NCBI GenBank assembly: GCA_041572575.1
Contig: JBFFSH010000021.1
Span: forward strand, 1-39,401
Source of the DNA: Thermodesulfobacteriota bacterium
Lineage (GTDB): Bacteria; Desulfobacterota_D; UBA1144; Nemesobacterales; N074bin48
Reading direction: 5' to 3'
Length of the DNA: 39,401 nt
Shown here: piece after piece, positions 1 through 9,142 of the stretch
How the letters are laid out: every line of letters begins with the position of its first letter
Position numbering within the stretch: the stretch's first letter is position 1
The notes under the pieces: generated by a model
Database searches by the model: none
Seen by the model: only the letters and a program-made list of their open reading frames with translations
Told to the model about the DNA's origin: nothing
Position numbers and translations under genes: made by a program

Positions 1-62
1 AGAACTTCTGCATGTCTTAAATATCTTATTATCTGCTCTGGTGTGTAACGCTTTCTGGGCAT
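1..62 (-). CDS. IS3-family transposase OrfA, N-terminal part (partial)
   Basis: ATG at 62 (minus) translates to MPRKRYTPEQIIRYLRHAEV..., the typical IS3/IS407 OrfA start (RKRY/HTPEQII..LR.AEV). Not in the ORF track because it runs off the window. Confidence 0.85.
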   Translation of the reverse strand, partial: MPRKRYTPEQIIRYLRHAEV

Positions 63-141
63 TTCCCTTGCCTCCTATTCATAGGGTTTATTACCTAAAA
101 TTCTAACTTATAATCTGGTACTATTATATGGGGCAAGGTCA
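1..141 (-). mobile_element. IS3-family (IS407-like) insertion sequence, left end; continues beyond the window
   Basis: The minus strand from 141 begins TGACCTTGCCCCATATAATAGTACCAG, a TG-initiated IS3-type terminal IR. It is followed by an AGGAGG RBS and an ORF starting MPRKRYTPEQIIRYLRHAEV. Confidence 0.85.
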
Positions 142-392
142 TGGCGGCGGATAGTTTCACGACTATTTGGTTTGTAATTCTGCTTGTAGTATTCACGTAT
201 GAACTGCATTATATCTACTGTTGCTAGCAGTGGTGACTTAGCTTTATCCCAAGAAATCTCTGGTCTAATATCTGCTAAAGCTAATAATACCCATCCTGAT
301 CTATCGTTATATTGTGTTTTTGGCATACCAAGAACTCTTAATATTTCCTTAGCCTGTTTTAGCTTCTCCTCTCGCTGTTTTTTAGTGCTCAT
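142..392 (-). pseudogene. BsuBI/PstI-family type II restriction endonuclease, 5' fragment interrupted by the IS
   Basis: N-terminus '[22 protein letters not shown]...[19 protein letters not shown]' matches the BsuBI/PstI N-terminal domain. Similarity stops exactly at the IS end; the tail [11 protein letters not shown] is IS-derived. Coupled to the MTase by a TAATG overlap. Confidence 0.85.
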
Positions 393-1882
393 TAGATGTG
401 CCCTATATTAAGTGCGGATTGAACGACCTCATCGACTGCTGATTGTTCATAGCTTTTCACTCTCTGTACTTCCTTTCCAATTGTCATTATCTGATCTCTT
501 CTTGGTAATTTCAATAGTCTCATTTCTGTAGCGTTAACTTGGGTATTTCCAGATATAGATCTAAAATAACGATCCATAAACGTAGAATTAAATAACGCAG
601 CTAACCCAAACGCTTCCGGAAGATTCATATCTTCACCTTTTACTCCAATATAGTTTAAATGATTTTCTAATCCTATTAAGTGATCTTTGAATTGTTCAGG
701 GTCATTAATTCCTGCGACGAGGCGACGTTTCTCATCTTTAGAACTAAAGCGTTTTACAATTACATAAACTCTGTTTTCACATGTGTGCTTCTCGTGTCCT
801 TCCTTTAAAATGAAATGTGTATCTTTTCTGTGTGTTCCAGTCCATTCTATTCGGAACGCTTTAACATTATGCATTCGTAATAAAGGAATGCTATGTTTTT
901 GAGCCTTAGTTGTAATAAATTCTCTGGTACGAAACTCAACAACCGGGCCAGTGGATATATAATAGTTGTTTTTCTCAAAGCTGCTTGGCCAATTTTCTAC
1001 TATCCTCAAAATATGACCATCAGCGGCAGACTCTGGAATCCTTATAATGTTATGTAGATTGGTTCGATCAATAATAAGGTTCTGTGGATAACTTGCTGCC
1101 TCCGATTCTGCTAAGTCTTCTGAGCATGTGCTCGAAGATATTTTTATAGTTGGCTTCTGTTCACTTTTTACGAACTTACAAATAATGTTCTCTTGCAAAA
1201 CTCCCATATTTTTGAAAAGCCGATTCCTTGATTGAAAAATATGTGCTTGTTCTAAGCTCATCTGAGACTGGAGATATTTACGGAAACCTTTGAAATACAG
1301 GCCATTAGTAAAACTACGTGGAACAATGGCTACCATCTGTCCTAGTGACACCAGGCATGAAGAAACAACAGCCATAAAAGAAGCATATATATTAGGATTC
1401 CCTTTAAACAAATCCTCTGTTGCCCCACTATATATCGAATGTTTGGAATTATACTTGAAATAAGGTGGATTGATTATTGAGATATGAAAGTTAGGTTCGT
1501 TTTTATCTGGTCTCGACAATACAAAATCCTCATTAATAATTTCATATGAAAGTTTTCCACCCTTTTTGATAAATATTCTGACCAATTGATCCATGTTTTT
1601 TTGGAGAATTGGCAATATATCCTCATCTATCTCGTAAAGAACCGCATGCACTTTACTATACCCTAGCTCTAAGCAGTGGAGAGCTGCTGACTGTGTAAGA
1701 AGCCCTTCTCCTGCACCAGCATCAAGAATTTTTACCAACTCTACGTTACCAACAGAGTGGAGCATTGATGCCATATAGTCGGCTGTTTTAGACTCTGTAA
1801 AGAACTGTCCAAGCTCTTTACTTTGTGATCTGGACTTAAGATCAAATAAACTAAGTTGTTCTACAGCATTATTATTCGACAC
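392..1882 (-). CDS. N6-adenine DNA methyltransferase (M.BsuBI/M.PstI/Eco57I-like, gamma class)
   Basis: LGQFFT, SAM-binding ILDAGAGEG, catalytic NPPY, 'STGPVVEFR', '[11 protein letters not shown]' and '[13 protein letters not shown]' motifs; lies directly upstream of the REase. Confidence 0.9.
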   Translation of the reverse strand: MSNNNAVEQLSLFDLKSRSQSKELGQFFTESKTADYMASMLHSVGNVELVKILDAGAGEGLLTQSAALHCLELGYSKVHAVLYEIDEDILPILQKNMDQLVRIFIKKGGKLSYEIINEDFVLSRPDKNEPNFHISIINPPYFKYNSKHSIYSGATEDLFKGNPNIYASFMAVVSSCLVSLGQMVAIVPRSFTNGLYFKGFRKYLQSQMSLEQAHIFQSRNRLFKNMGVLQENIICKFVKSEQKPTIKISSSTCSEDLAESEAASYPQNLIIDRTNLHNIIRIPESAADGHILRIVENWPSSFEKNNYYISTGPVVEFRTREFITTKAQKHSIPLLRMHNVKAFRIEWTGTHRKDTHFILKEGHEKHTCENRVYVIVKRFSSKDEKRRLVAGINDPEQFKDHLIGLENHLNYIGVKGEDMNLPEAFGLAALFNSTFMDRYFRSISGNTQVNATEMRLLKLPRRDQIMTIGKEVQRVKSYEQSAVDEVVQSALNIGHI

Positions 1883-1970
1883 AATATAGATATCCTATTA
1901 ATTTATATGTTAAAAAAGCTTTAATAGATTTAATTTATTATAATTCTAATACTTAATATATTAAATACAA

Positions 1971-2645
1971 TTGATTATGCCAAAACAAATAGCAGTTTCC
2001 TGGAGTGGTGGAAAGGACAGTACATTAGCTCTTAATGAAATCGTTAATAACACAGATTATGAGGTTCGATCTTTAATAACCACTGTTACGGAAGGTTATG
2101 ACAGGATTAGTATTCATGGTGTGAGGACTGAGCTATTGGAACAACAGGCTGATTCGATTGGTATCCCTTTGCAAAAGGTTTATATTCCAAAAAACTCTAC
2201 AAACGAGCAGTATGAATCGGCACTCAAAAGTGTTCTACTTAAATTTAAAAAAGAGGGAATAAATGAAATAGTGTTTGGAGACATATTTTTAGAAGATGTT
2301 AAAAGGTATAGGGATGATCTATTGGCAACTCCTGATATGAAAGGCATCTATCCGATATGGAAAAAGGATTCCAGAGAACTTGCTGAAAGATTCATAGATC
2401 TTGGCTTCAAGGCTGTTACAACATGTGTAGATTCACAACAGTTAGACAAGAGTTTTGTGGGAAGAGAATATAATTATGAATTTATAGATGACCTTCCAGA
2501 TACAGCAGACCCCTGTGGAGAAAACGGCGAGTTTCACACCTTTGTCTACGACGGCCCATTACTCAACAACAAAATCAACTTCGATAAAGGTGAAATAGTA
2601 TTCAGAGACAACAGGTTTTATTATTGTGATCTTTTGCCAGATTAA
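1971..2645 (+). CDS. Dph6/MJ0570-related ATP pyrophosphatase (diphthine-ammonia ligase family)
   Basis: PP-loop SWSGGKDS, FGDIFLED, DPCGENGEFHTFVYDGP. Confidence 0.88.
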   Translation: MIMPKQIAVSWSGGKDSTLALNEIVNNTDYEVRSLITTVTEGYDRISIHGVRTELLEQQADSIGIPLQKVYIPKNSTNEQYESALKSVLLKFKKEGINEIVFGDIFLEDVKRYRDDLLATPDMKGIYPIWKKDSRELAERFIDLGFKAVTTCVDSQQLDKSFVGREYNYEFIDDLPDTADPCGENGEFHTFVYDGPLLNNKINFDKGEIVFRDNRFYYCDLLPD

Positions 2646-2685
2646 AACATTGAATTTTCACCACTATATAATATGATCTTGTGCG

Positions 2686-4143
2686 ATGGATAAGGATAAA
2701 TTCATTTCTGATTTAGAGGGGATATGTGGGAAGGAATATACGATATCTGAGCACTCCGAGCTTGTTGCGTTTGAATGCGATGGGCTCACGGGATACAGGG
2801 TAAAACCTTTTTGTGTGGTCCTGCCTGCTACTACAGGCGAAGTATCTGAAGTTATAAAACTGTGCTACGATAACGACGTGCCTTTTGTACCAAGGGGCTC
2901 AGGCACCGGGCTATCTGGCGGCGCCCTTCCTGTTGATGACGGAATAGTAATCTCACTTACAAGGATGAACAACATCCTGGACGTTGATATTGAAAATCAG
3001 CGTGTTGTGGTAGAACCGGGGGTGATAAATGTTCAGGTCACAAAAGCCGTAGAACAATGGGGATACTACTATGCACCCGACCCTTCGAGTCAGGTAGTGT
3101 GCAGCATAGGTGGTAATGTAGCCGAAAATTCAGGCGGTGTTCACTGCCTAAAATACGGTGTTACTTCAAATCATGTGCTGGGAATTGAAGCCGTACTTCC
3201 TACAGGAGAAGTAGTAGAGCTTGGTGGAAAGACATTAGACTCACCGGGTTATGATTTACTTGGACTATTTGTAGGCTCCGAGGGTCTTTTAGGTATCGCT
3301 ACTAAAATCACGCTTAAGATAATACGAAAACCACAGACAATAAAAACAATGTTTGCTTCTTTTGGAAATATTGCCCAAGCCGGAGCATCTGTATCAGGAA
3401 TCATATCCAAAGGCATAATCCCGGGTGGCATGGAAATTATGGACAATATTAGTATACGGGCAGTAGAAAGCGTTGTAAACTCTGGCTACCCGGTTGATGC
3501 TGCAGGAGTGTTGATTGTTGAGCTTGACGGTCCTGATGCTGAAGTCGAAGCCCAGACACCGCTTGTTATAGAAGTACTTAAGGAAAATAATGCAGAGGTA
3601 ATAAAAATAGCTAAAGACATGGCTGAGAGGGACCTGTTCTGGAAAGGAAGAAAGAGCGCCTTTGCCGCTATGGGCAGGATGAGCCCGGAATATTATGTAC
3701 AGGACGGTGTCATACCAAGAAGCAAACTTGCAGAGGTTCTGGCAGAAATAGAGCAGCTTAGCAAAAAATATGGAATAAGAGTTGCTAATGTATTCCACGC
3801 AGGAGACGGAAATCTGCATCCATTAATATTGTATGATACAAGAATAGAAGGTGAGCTGGAAAAAGCCGAGCTCATTGCAGGAGACATCTTGGAAATTTGC
3901 GTAAACGCCGGGGGAAGCATAACAGGAGAGCATGGAGTCGGATTTGATAAGAAAAGATTTATGGACAAGATGTTTTCCGAAGACGACCTTGATACCATGA
4001 ATATGATAAGATGCACATTTGACCATAAAAACCTGTGCAATCCGGGAAAGGTATTTCCCACACCAAGAACTTGCGTAGAACCCGGAATGAAAAAATTCAC
4101 CCCTCATGAGCTGCACGAAAATGGTACAGCTGAAATGTACTGA
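2686..4143 (+). CDS. glcD: Glycolate oxidase FAD subunit GlcD
   Basis: PRGSGTGLSGG, APDPSSQ..CSIGGNVAENSGG.HCLKYG, NVFHAGDGNLHP, GEHGVG, NPGK. Confidence 0.9.
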   Translation: MDKDKFISDLEGICGKEYTISEHSELVAFECDGLTGYRVKPFCVVLPATTGEVSEVIKLCYDNDVPFVPRGSGTGLSGGALPVDDGIVISLTRMNNILDVDIENQRVVVEPGVINVQVTKAVEQWGYYYAPDPSSQVVCSIGGNVAENSGGVHCLKYGVTSNHVLGIEAVLPTGEVVELGGKTLDSPGYDLLGLFVGSEGLLGIATKITLKIIRKPQTIKTMFASFGNIAQAGASVSGIISKGIIPGGMEIMDNISIRAVESVVNSGYPVDAAGVLIVELDGPDAEVEAQTPLVIEVLKENNAEVIKIAKDMAERDLFWKGRKSAFAAMGRMSPEYYVQDGVIPRSKLAEVLAEIEQLSKKYGIRVANVFHAGDGNLHPLILYDTRIEGELEKAELIAGDILEICVNAGGSITGEHGVGFDKKRFMDKMFSEDDLDTMNMIRCTFDHKNLCNPGKVFPTPRTCVEPGMKKFTPHELHENGTAEMY

Positions 4144-4159
4144 TCCCAGACAGGTAATA

Positions 4160-5470
4160 ATGGATAAAGCACTAAAAGACATTGAAAACGTAGTAGGAGC
4201 TAAATATCTGTCCACAGGAGAACAGGCTCTTAGCAGCTACAGAGTTGATCTCAAGACACCGGTAGCCGTTATATATCCGGGTACTGATCTCGAAATATCT
4301 GAAATAATAAAAATCTGCTCTACACATAAACTGTCATTAACCCCATACGGTAACGGCACCAAAATCAGCACAGGAAATACCCCAAATAAACTTGAGCTGG
4401 TATTAAGTACATCCAGGCTGGATAAAATTATCGACCATGGAAGCGATGATCTTATAGCTACTGCAGAGGCTGGAATCACTCTACAGGAATTCCAAGCAGT
4501 ACTAAAAAAGAAAAACCAACAGGTAGCCGTTCATCCACCCAACCAAAAAGAAGGCTGCACTCTTGGCGGTATGATTAACACAAACGATTATGGCCCATCC
4601 AGACTAAGATATGGCTCAGTAAGAGAGAATTTATTAGCGCTCAAATTTGTAAGGGCCGACGGCAAGATTGTTAAAGGCGGGGCAAAGGTAGTTAAGAATG
4701 TAGCAGGCTATGATATTCCCAAGCTTATGACCGGAAGCCTTGGTACACTTGGAATTATTACTGAAGCCACATTCAGGCTCTACCCCCAGCAGCCCGCATC
4801 AAACACAATCATAGCAAATATTAATAACATCTCGCAAATCAATGAAATAAATAACAAAATCCTAAACTCCGATACGCTGCTTACCTGCTTTGAAATATGC
4901 AATAAAGCACTTAACGATTTAAAAAGAACTTCTTTTTATGCAATAAAAATAGAAAATGTAGGACCCGCAGTAAAGGCTCAGACAGAGCAGATACAAAGTC
5001 TACTCACTGAGTATGATATTAAAAAACAGGACACTTTATCCGGAAAAGAAGAGACTGAATTTTGGGAAAAAGTCACAAATTTTTACTGGCAGGGAACTAC
5101 TGTAGATAATATGTCACTTAGAATCAGAGTGCGGCTAAAAGACATTGCGGAAATGATAAACATTATTGAAGATATTGATATCAGAACAAAGTCGGCACTG
5201 AAGATGTCAGTGAGTGCAGGGCTTGGTATTATCAATGTAAACATGACAAATGAACCTGGGATATTAAAAAATTCATATGTACTTATTTCTAAAAAACTAA
5301 TGACCCTAAACGGACATATAACAATATTAAGAGCACCGGAATTAGTAAAAATAGATTTAGATATTTGGGGTAAATCAGATGCTACCGCACTTAACATTAT
5401 GAGGGAAATAAAACACCAGTTCGACCCAAATAACATACTAAATCCGGGAAGATTTGCTGGCTGGATATAA
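4160..5470 (+). CDS. glcE: Glycolate oxidase FAD-binding subunit GlcE
   Basis: GGAKVVKNVAGYD.PKL..GSLGTLG, FDPNNILNPGRF. ATG at 4160 preferred over 4106, which overlaps glcD. Confidence 0.85.
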   Translation: MDKALKDIENVVGAKYLSTGEQALSSYRVDLKTPVAVIYPGTDLEISEIIKICSTHKLSLTPYGNGTKISTGNTPNKLELVLSTSRLDKIIDHGSDDLIATAEAGITLQEFQAVLKKKNQQVAVHPPNQKEGCTLGGMINTNDYGPSRLRYGSVRENLLALKFVRADGKIVKGGAKVVKNVAGYDIPKLMTGSLGTLGIITEATFRLYPQQPASNTIIANINNISQINEINNKILNSDTLLTCFEICNKALNDLKRTSFYAIKIENVGPAVKAQTEQIQSLLTEYDIKKQDTLSGKEETEFWEKVTNFYWQGTTVDNMSLRIRVRLKDIAEMINIIEDIDIRTKSALKMSVSAGLGIINVNMTNEPGILKNSYVLISKKLMTLNGHITILRAPELVKIDLDIWGKSDATALNIMREIKHQFDPNNILNPGRFAGWI

Positions 5471-5474
5471 AAAA

Positions 5475-6227
5475 GTGATCAGAAGAGAAACCAAACAAGG
5501 CTGGATATTAATAACGCAAAGAGAACATTCGCTTCTTGCTGGTAAGATTATGAAACACTGGGGAAACTCAAATTTCATGACACCAGAGCCTTATGAAGAA
5601 GTAATGCTGGCAGTAGCAGAGCATGATTGTGGGTGGGAGCTTTGGGAAAAAAATATTAAAATTAATCAAGCTAATAAATATCCCAAAAACTTTTTAGAAA
5701 TGAGCTATCCTGACCAGGCTGCCATTTGGAGAAAATCATTTTTAAAACACAGCAAAAACCATCCATATGCATCATCATTAATCGCACTACATTTTGATAA
5801 ATTTAACAACAGTGTTTTAAGGAAGAATAGAAGTGCCTTGGTCCTCAAATCGCAGATTAGAGAGTTTGTGTTGGAAAATCTGGGCCTAAAACATACTGGG
5901 CAAAATGGCCTTAGTGAGCAAATAATAAATAATCTAAAAATTGTACAGATTGGTGATATTATATCCCTTGCACTGTGTCACGGCTGGAGATCTGCGCAGA
6001 TAGACGAGGTACCCTATAAATTAAACGGCAAAAAAATATCCATACTGATAAGATCCGATGATGGATTAAATTATAATATTAATCCTTTTCCTTTTTCTAA
6101 TTATCCGATTACAGTTTCAGTTAAAGGAAATGAGATGAACAGGAAAACATTTAAAAATAATAGCGATTTTTTAGATGCTTATAAAACTTCAGAATCTACA
6201 AATCTTACATTTACGATTAATAAATAA
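5475..6227 (+). CDS. DUF3891-like protein
   Basis: 'IRRE..GWILITQREH..LAG.IM.HWGN' and 'AVAEHDCGW' resemble DUF3891. GTG at 5475 lies just after the glcE stop. Confidence 0.7.
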   Translation: MIRRETKQGWILITQREHSLLAGKIMKHWGNSNFMTPEPYEEVMLAVAEHDCGWELWEKNIKINQANKYPKNFLEMSYPDQAAIWRKSFLKHSKNHPYASSLIALHFDKFNNSVLRKNRSALVLKSQIREFVLENLGLKHTGQNGLSEQIINNLKIVQIGDIISLALCHGWRSAQIDEVPYKLNGKKISILIRSDDGLNYNINPFPFSNYPITVSVKGNEMNRKTFKNNSDFLDAYKTSESTNLTFTINK

Positions 6228-6233
6228 ACCTAT

Positions 6234-7535
6234 ATGAAATCAGAAGACAACATGCATATGGCATTTGATGAGCATGACAGACCAAGCATAGATATAATTA
6301 ACGACTGCGTGCACTGCGGCTTTTGCCTACCCACATGTCCAACTTATGTAGAGACCAAAAATGAGCTTGACTCTCCAAGAGGAAGAATACACCTTATGAA
6401 AAATGCCGTGGAAGGAAAGATTCCACTGGATGACTCACTTGTAAAACATCTTGACCTTTGCCTTGGTTGCCTTGCATGCGAAACCGCATGCCCATCGGGT
6501 GTTAAGTATTCCAGTCTCATAGAAACGTCACGCTCCCAGATTGAAAGAAATTACTCTAGAAGTGGTGGAGAGAATTTCATAAGAAGTCTTATATTTTCGA
6601 TTTTCCCATATTCACTTAGATTAAAACTGCTGCTTCCTTTTCTACTCACATTTAAATATCTAGGTATCAAGTTTATACTAACCAAGACAAGATTAATAAA
6701 TATTCTTCCCCAGATACTTAGAAATTTTATCAATCTTACTCCCGATCTGAGTGCTTCTGAGGTTTTTTCCGGGTTGCCTAAATTTATAGAATCAAAAACG
6801 GGAGTGAAGTATACAGTTTTATTACTAAAAGGCTGTGTTCAGAGCGTATTTTTTCCAAATGTAAACCAGAGTTCAGTAAACGTATTATCCAAGCTAGGGT
6901 GTAACATTGAGATTCCAAAAAAGCAGGGCTGCTGCGGTGCGCTCTCTCTTCATTCGGGAAGAATGGATGAAGCAAGACAATTTGCAAGAAAGCTAATAGA
7001 TGAATTCTCAAAACATGAGTTCGATTATATCATCGTAAATTCAGCAGGTTGCGGCTCTTCAATGAAAGAGTACTCAGAACTTCTAAAAGATGACACCGAA
7101 TATAGTGATAAAGCAAAGGAATTCAGTTTGAAAACTAAAGATATAATGGAGTTTATTAGTGAAATTGGACTAGATGCCAAATTAAAAGAGGTTAACAAGA
7201 AGCTGACATATCAGGATGCATGCCATGTAGCCCACGGACAGAAAATAACTACACAACCAAGAGAACTTTTAAAACAAATACCGGGAATTGAATTTTGTGA
7301 ACTCAAAGAGTCTGATATGTGCTGCGGTAGTGCGGGTATTTATAATCTTGTACAACCCGAAATGTCTCAAAAGCTATTGAATAGAAAAGTACTCAACATA
7401 AAAGATATAAAACCAGATATACTAACCGCTGCCAATCCGGGATGTCTTCTTCAAATTACATCAGGACTGAATAAAGAAGGAATCAATATTGAAACGGCTC
7501 ATCCAATTGAATTAATAGATGAGGCCATGGAGTAG
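6234..7535 (+). CDS. glcF: Glycolate oxidase Fe-S subunit GlcF
   Basis: Two CxxCxxCxxxCP motifs (CVHCGFCLPTCP, CLGCLACETACP), SPRGRI, CCG domains (GCCGA, CCGSAG), NPGC. Confidence 0.9.
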   Translation: MKSEDNMHMAFDEHDRPSIDIINDCVHCGFCLPTCPTYVETKNELDSPRGRIHLMKNAVEGKIPLDDSLVKHLDLCLGCLACETACPSGVKYSSLIETSRSQIERNYSRSGGENFIRSLIFSIFPYSLRLKLLLPFLLTFKYLGIKFILTKTRLINILPQILRNFINLTPDLSASEVFSGLPKFIESKTGVKYTVLLLKGCVQSVFFPNVNQSSVNVLSKLGCNIEIPKKQGCCGALSLHSGRMDEARQFARKLIDEFSKHEFDYIIVNSAGCGSSMKEYSELLKDDTEYSDKAKEFSLKTKDIMEFISEIGLDAKLKEVNKKLTYQDACHVAHGQKITTQPRELLKQIPGIEFCELKESDMCCGSAGIYNLVQPEMSQKLLNRKVLNIKDIKPDILTAANPGCLLQITSGLNKEGINIETAHPIELIDEAME

Positions 7536-7574
7536 TTTTAGATAATTTACCGCAACTACTAAGGAGTAATATAA

Positions 7575-8273
7575 TTGTCACAAAAAGGATATGATTTCAG
7601 TGGTACTTACCAGGGTGAAATGGACGGTATCAGCACCTCACTCAATTTAACTCAGAAGGGGTCCAACCTTACTGGTGACATAAACAAAGGCGGATTGTTA
7701 TATAATGTTGTAGGAATTGCAGAAGATGACTCAATTCAGGGAAGGATGAGCGATGCGGAAAACATAGAACACTATATGCTTCAGGCTGAAATTAATAATA
7801 GTTTTTTAATTATACACCTTATAACTCATAATCTTGATGACGGTAGCATCTCAAAAAATTCATTTACCTTTAAAAAATCAAATACAAAAAGTGCTGATAC
7901 GATACAACCTCCTGAAAAAGTCATTAAAGAATCAGAATTTAATAACGACAAATCACTTCTTGGTATTTGGGCAAGAGAGGAAATCCTTACAAGCCCTGAA
8001 AATGCTATTTCTACTCAGGTTGTAATTGAGTTAGACAGCAAAGGTAATTACAGCCTCGTAGGCGCCATAAATCTAAAAGGCGCAAAAGACACCGGCTACT
8101 CAGGAGATACTACAAAGGGTAAATGGCGCACGCATAACGGGACGTTCCATATCCTTGTATCTGGCTCAAAATACTGGAAGCCGTATGCAAGATATAAAAT
8201 TGATGGGCCTGATGAAATGACATTTACCTTAGAAGACGGCGAAAGACTTAATTGGGTGAAACAACATAAATAA
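7575..8273 (+). CDS. Hypothetical protein, probably two small beta-rich domains
   Basis: 232-aa ORF with a TTG start and AAGGAG RBS at 7561; 'LLGIW' and 'GKW' are lipocalin-like motifs. Confidence 0.65.
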   Translation: MSQKGYDFSGTYQGEMDGISTSLNLTQKGSNLTGDINKGGLLYNVVGIAEDDSIQGRMSDAENIEHYMLQAEINNSFLIIHLITHNLDDGSISKNSFTFKKSNTKSADTIQPPEKVIKESEFNNDKSLLGIWAREEILTSPENAISTQVVIELDSKGNYSLVGAINLKGAKDTGYSGDTTKGKWRTHNGTFHILVSGSKYWKPYARYKIDGPDEMTFTLEDGERLNWVKQHK

Positions 8274-8330
8274 ACCAATTTACAGTTATATGTAATTATT
8301 TAAAATTTTATCAATCTCTGGAACTTACAC

Positions 8331-8354
8331 TATCTATCTACCAATAGATAGATA
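8331..8354. promoter_or_regulatory. Perfect palindrome TATCTATCTA-CCAA-TAGATAGATA, putative TetR operator at the 3' end of tetR
   Basis: 10-4-10 inverted repeat with the same arms as the site at 8969-8988. Confidence 0.6.
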
Positions 8355-8960
8355 TTTTGAGATAATACCTTTATCTTTTGTTGCAAGCATTTTCTTTATT
8401 GATTCGATTGTGCTGAGAAGAGCAGATTCATCATTTATTGACCTGGATGTTATGGTAGCTCCGTGCAGAGCTGAAAACACTGTTTGCGCTAAACTTCCGG
8501 GTGACTGATCGAAATGAAATACTTTTTTGCTATACCCATCTTCTATTGTTTTTTGTATCCAACTTATACTATCATTAATAATGATAAACACTTCTTTTCT
8601 AATTATTTCAGGCAGATTATCTAAATCCATTGTAAGCATGGATAAAAAACTTACAGTTTTATTCTGTCTAAAACTGTTTATGTATAGATCCATATAAAGA
8701 TCAAGTCTCGAGTGAGGATCAGAATTCTTACTGCTAATATTATTAAGTTCTTCTGCAAGCTCTTTTCTGTATTGTTTTACAATTATTAATGCAAGATCAT
8801 CTTTACTGGGGAAGTAATAATGTATGCTCGAAGTCTTTATTCCAATTTCTTTGGCAATGTCTCTGTAGCTAAATGATTTATATCCGCTCTGTTGAAATAG
8901 CTTAGTTGACAAGGAAACTATTTCTTTAGAGATTTCAGTCTGTTTATATTCTGCTTCCAT
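8334..8960 (-). CDS. TetR/AcrR-family transcriptional regulator
   Basis: HTH 'GYKSFSYRDIAKEIGIKTSSIHYYFPSKDDL'. Confidence 0.92.
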   Translation of the reverse strand: MEAEYKQTEISKEIVSLSTKLFQQSGYKSFSYRDIAKEIGIKTSSIHYYFPSKDDLALIIVKQYRKELAEELNNISSKNSDPHSRLDLYMDLYINSFRQNKTVSFLSMLTMDLDNLPEIIRKEVFIIINDSISWIQKTIEDGYSKKVFHFDQSPGSLAQTVFSALHGATITSRSINDESALLSTIESIKKMLATKDKGIISKYLSIGR

Positions 8961-8968
8961 ATATTTAT

Positions 8969-8988
8969 TCTATCTACTTATAGATAGA
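8969..8988. promoter_or_regulatory. Palindrome TCTATCTA-CTTA-TAGATAGA, likely TetR autoregulatory operator
   Basis: 8-4-8 perfect inverted repeat 8 bp upstream of the tetR ATG. Confidence 0.7.
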
Positions 8989-9142
8989 TCATCAAGTTTT
9001 AATTTGAATATTCATAACTAATAAATATATTGAGATTGTCTAATATTTAGATTTAACTATTAAAGTAGTTAATGCTAGTATTTTATTCTTATATAAATTA
9101 GTGTTAACTATATAATCAAAATATAAATGTGCTTATACAACG

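Noticed and set aside
1083..1091. Perfect DnaA box TGTGGATAA in the methyltransferase gene
   Set aside because: Single copy inside a CDS; compatible with chance.
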